Of a DNA stretch of 64,000 bases, positions 61,901 to 64,000 are shown in pieces (the first letter of the stretch is position 1; every line of letters begins with the position of its first letter). The position numbers were made by a program, and so were the translations under genes. The notes beneath the pieces were generated by a model. The model worked only from the letters and a program-made list of their open reading frames with translations, was not told where the DNA came from and ran no database searches. This DNA comes from Amoebophrya sp. A120 (taxonomy: Eukaryota; Protista; Dinoflagellata). The stretch is from NCBI GenBank assembly GCA_905178155.1, contig CAJINV010000011.1, positions 1,757,216 through 1,821,215 of the forward strand, written 5' to 3'.

Positions 61901-63800
61901 CAGAGTTGTAATGCAGATTTGCAAAGACAGGAAGACTTGTAATGCGCATCCCCATGAGAGCCATTTCCAATCGTGTTTTGGAATTTGTGATGCTATGAAC
62001 AGGATGAGCAGATGAATCTGTGACGCGGCTGTACTTGCTAACCTGCACTACACTGCATAGTCCAACTTGTCATGCGTGACTCACAAAACTCCTAGGTTTG
62101 TGTTGCAAAATCCCCATCCTGACTCTGGTGTGGGTACGTTTTTACTCAGGATAGTACATCCCCCGAGTTCAACACCGAGTTAATCACCTCGACAAACTGC
62201 TCGTTCACGATCTGCGTGTCCGTGAAGAGAAACACTTGCGTTTTCCCCTCCACGCCAGACCGCTTCAAAACCGTCTTGATATCGTCCCGGAACTCCACCA
62301 TCCCGTACCCCTTTGCGACTTCAATCTGGTAGCATCCGTTGTCGTTTGCGAAAGCCGCTAATCTCGCAGACGACTGCCTTCCGGACCCGCCGACCCCGAG
62401 CAGCAGCATGTTCCCCTGCGGTTGGTTTAACGTGCGGTTGATCCGCGCGACGTGCTCGGCGAAATCGAGGAAAATCACCAACGGCATGGGTGTGGGGAAC
62501 TGGTTGTTGTAATCGTCCAAGTAATCCTCAAGAACTTCCACCATCTTCGTCAAGTCCTGAATCTCTTCGTAACTTCTGCTGTCCAAGGGTTCCATGAATT
62601 CCGCGAAGATTAGCCTCTCGTTGTGGAACACCTCGGCGACGTCGAATGGGGCGAAGTTGGTCTTGATCTTCTCCTCTAATAAGTTCTGCAGCCACGTCCT
62701 GTCCCCAGCGTCGATCAAGCGATCGCCGAACACCCGGGACACCTCGTGGCACCAACAGCGAAGAAGCACGATCGGGCCCTCGACTTTTTTCGGCAGGAGG
62801 GCGCACACGCCCATAAACACTTTCCAGATGTCGCGGAGGTTGAAGAGGTAGTGGGCGCGGGCCGGGGTGGGCAGAAGATCGAGCAGAACCTGATGAACAA
62901 TGAGAATGGTTGAAATCGAAAGTTGCTATGCGGATTCGCATAGAAGACGAGGAATTGGAAAAATGCTTTGTCATGCAAGAAGACAGCTACAGACGGTCTA
63001 CTTGAAAATCAGTTTCGCATTTTCTTTTTACCTTGTTAAACACTTCTTTCTGCGCCTCGACCAGTTTCGGTACAAGTGCCTTGACGTCTTCCGGAAACGG
63101 GTCGAAGAATTTGTTTGCGATCGTCGTAAACATCGTCGTAATCGCCGCCCCCGTGAAATCGCTGTACCCCAAAACGTTGAAGTGGCGCTTCAGACGCTCC
63201 GTGATGAACGTTCGGCCGCCTCCTGGGGTTCCCATGCTGCCCGCAACCAACATGTCAATGATTTGGAAGTAGGCAAGCTCTTTTCGGTTGTACCTGGTTG
63301 TATTCGAGTTCTACCGACTTTTGCATCACAAATTCGCTTCTCGCACAACAAAACAGCCGGCACATCGCATTCAAGCATCTTCACAGATCTCGCTGTTCTT
63401 CAAATAAACTTCGCATCACAAATTCGGATTCAGACATACTTTTACTTGCAATGCATGAAGGGATGAACTACTCACTACCATCCTTCGTGGTCAAACCACT
63501 GCCGGAGCAGCTCGATCGGCGGCTGCGCTCCGTAGAATTCCTTCTGTGGCATGTTCAGATCGTCCGTGAACAACACCATCTTCTTGCCCGCCGGCGGGCC
63601 GTAGACCCCCCTTCGCCGTTTCTCCAACTTGCTGTCGATGAAGTCCTGCACTTGGTTGACCTGCGTCTGCGCGGAGAACGCGAGATTGGTGGTCAGGAAG
63701 TTACCCGGGGCGTACTTCTGGAGGTATAAAGACAGATTCACCGTCTTCCCCGTCCCCGTGGGTCCGCAGCACAGCACGTGGCTGTCGTTTTCCAAAAGGA
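49977..63800 (-). CDS. Axonemal dynein heavy chain (inner-arm, DNAH1/3/7-like), AAA3 to C-terminus; 5' part lies beyond the window
   Basis: P-loops GPTGTGKT and GVGGSGRQS, FTDDLNMP, stalk coiled coil, WPLMIDPQ, LENIGITLDPALEPVL, SLGQGQGP, NYGGRVTD, GIYVWGLFLEGA, and C-terminal CPVYK...TTGHSTNFV...WIRAGVAAFLALRT-stop. Confidence 0.97.
50150..50432. mobile_element. Introner, family B
   Basis: TIRs; repeat GCAGT; ENC|YRCPVYK. Confidence 0.93.
50634..50835. mobile_element. Introner, family E
   Basis: TIRs; repeat TGCAA; YLL|QDG. Confidence 0.93.
50913..51173. mobile_element. Introner, family A
   Basis: TIRs; repeat GTCAG; QAFLT|GALQN. Confidence 0.93.
51474..51697. mobile_element. Introner, family D
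   Basis: TIRs; repeat CCTGT; VLKQ|EAIRYN. Confidence 0.93.
51751..52023. mobile_element. Introner, family A
   Basis: TIRs (left partly deleted); repeat TCTTC; FLEK|KYPTMY. Confidence 0.9.
52166..52459. mobile_element. Introner, family B
   Basis: TIRs; repeat AGCAA/TGCAA. Confidence 0.9.
52974..53263. mobile_element. Introner, family B
   Basis: TIRs; repeat CTAAC; DKRL|VTCIL. Confidence 0.92.
53359..53596. mobile_element. Introner, family H (TATGCA...TTTCCCGT)
   Basis: Imperfect TIRs; repeat ACTGA/ACTGG; FINQ|YEEVP. Confidence 0.85.
53845..54008. mobile_element. Introner, family C
   Basis: TIRs; repeat TCGTC; VKMT|NEPPKG. Confidence 0.92.
54377..54546. mobile_element. Introner, family C
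   Basis: TIRs; repeat TCTGG; FDIQ|KSFGDS. Confidence 0.9.
55087..55250. mobile_element. Introner, family C
   Basis: TIRs; repeat AATCC. Confidence 0.92.
55291..55506. mobile_element. Introner, family D
   Basis: TIRs; repeat GGGAA; YQFS|LQWF. Confidence 0.92.
55726..56748. mobile_element. Introner, family A, carrying a nested insertion of about 760 bp (55841-56601)
   Basis: TIRs; repeat CTCGG; LATS|EGDVL; the interior matches inverted 61201-61470 on both sides of the insert. Confidence 0.9.
55877..55944. repeat. 33-bp tandem duplication inside the nested insertion
   Basis: GGCGTTAGAACAGATTTAGCCTCTGCCAATACC at 55877-55909 and 55912-55944. Confidence 0.95.
57278..57533. mobile_element. Introner, family A
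   Basis: TIRs; repeat ATCGG; KSRR|WPLMIDPQ. Confidence 0.93.
57596..57744. mobile_element. Introner, family C
   Basis: Imperfect TIRs; repeat GTTGG; VCQ|LPND. Confidence 0.88.
57843..58147. mobile_element. Introner, family A
   Basis: TIRs; repeat AACAG. Confidence 0.9.
58531..58888. mobile_element. Introner, family D (diverged, longer)
   Basis: Imperfect TIRs; repeat CCACC; AKAV|EPKRQ. Confidence 0.88.
59178..59419. mobile_element. Introner, family A
   Basis: TIRs; repeat ATTTG/ACTTG. Confidence 0.88.
60195..60417. mobile_element. Introner, family D
   Basis: Long TIRs; repeat GGTAC; HRY|QVGLDK. Confidence 0.93.
60467..60728. mobile_element. Introner, family A
   Basis: TIRs; repeat AGGAT. 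Confidence 0.92.
61201..61470. mobile_element. Introner, family A
   Basis: TIRs; repeat CAGTA; HVVL|AFSPIG. Confidence 0.93.
61577..61827. mobile_element. Introner, family A
   Basis: TIRs; repeat CGACG. Confidence 0.92.
61875..62153. mobile_element. Introner, family B
   Basis: TIRs; repeat GCACA/GTACA; SGDV|PNLY. Confidence 0.92.
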
Positions 63801-64000
63801 TATGGAGCTCTCAACTGTTACATTCTCAACTGTTACATGAAATTTGTAATGCAAGAATGGCAAAAGTGAAAGGGAAAAGCTTGCTCCTTTTGCATTACAG
63901 GTTTGGAGCAGATTACAATGCTATCTAGCGTGTCGAGAACTTGTCATGCGGAGAAGGTTTGAAATTGTGAAAAGTGATAGCGTTTTTGCATGACAAATCA
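63801..64000. mobile_element. Probable introner truncated by the window end
   Basis: Starts TATG exactly where the dynein frame ends and contains TTGTAATGC / GCATGACAAA motifs; the other end is not visible. Confidence 0.6.

Noticed and set aside
1502-62048. Small ORFs sharing peptides such as [14 protein letters not shown] and FQTQT as a protein family
   Set aside because: They are translations of the family A TIR in different frames.
1646-62153. Recurrent TGTCTGGGTCTGG repeats as a CRISPR array
   Set aside because: They occur as inverted pairs 150-1000 bp apart inside eukaryotic genes, not as regularly spaced direct repeats; there are no cas genes.

Overview
Eukaryotic protist genomic DNA. 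Every recognisable gene is on the minus strand. The window holds the 3' part of an axonemal dynein heavy chain (49977 to window end), a Tubby-like gene, a Ser/Thr kinase apparently fused to three topoisomerase-IA-type C4 zinc ribbons, an RS-rich CCCH protein and five large hypothetical genes. The dominant feature is about 45 short (mostly 150-360 bp) non-autonomous elements in at least 7 TIR families. Almost all start TAT and end ATA, are flanked by a 5-bp direct repeat and sit inside coding sequence. Removing the element plus one repeat copy restores the reading frame in nearly every case checked, so they behave as introner elements with largely non-GT-AG boundaries. This architecture, with co-oriented genes, matches what is described for the parasitic dinoflagellate Amoebophrya (taxon is inferred, not proven). 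Beyond that known picture I noticed: a GCAT(G/C/T)ACAA motif shared by all families, the same subfamilies inserted in both orientations, nested insertions, a 66-bp exon duplication around one element, decayed elements that are now GT-AG introns, and a speculative snRNA-like hairpin cluster (Sm-type site, 5' segment complementary to the commonest introner end). No transposase is present. Coordinates were counted by hand and may be off by a base or two.
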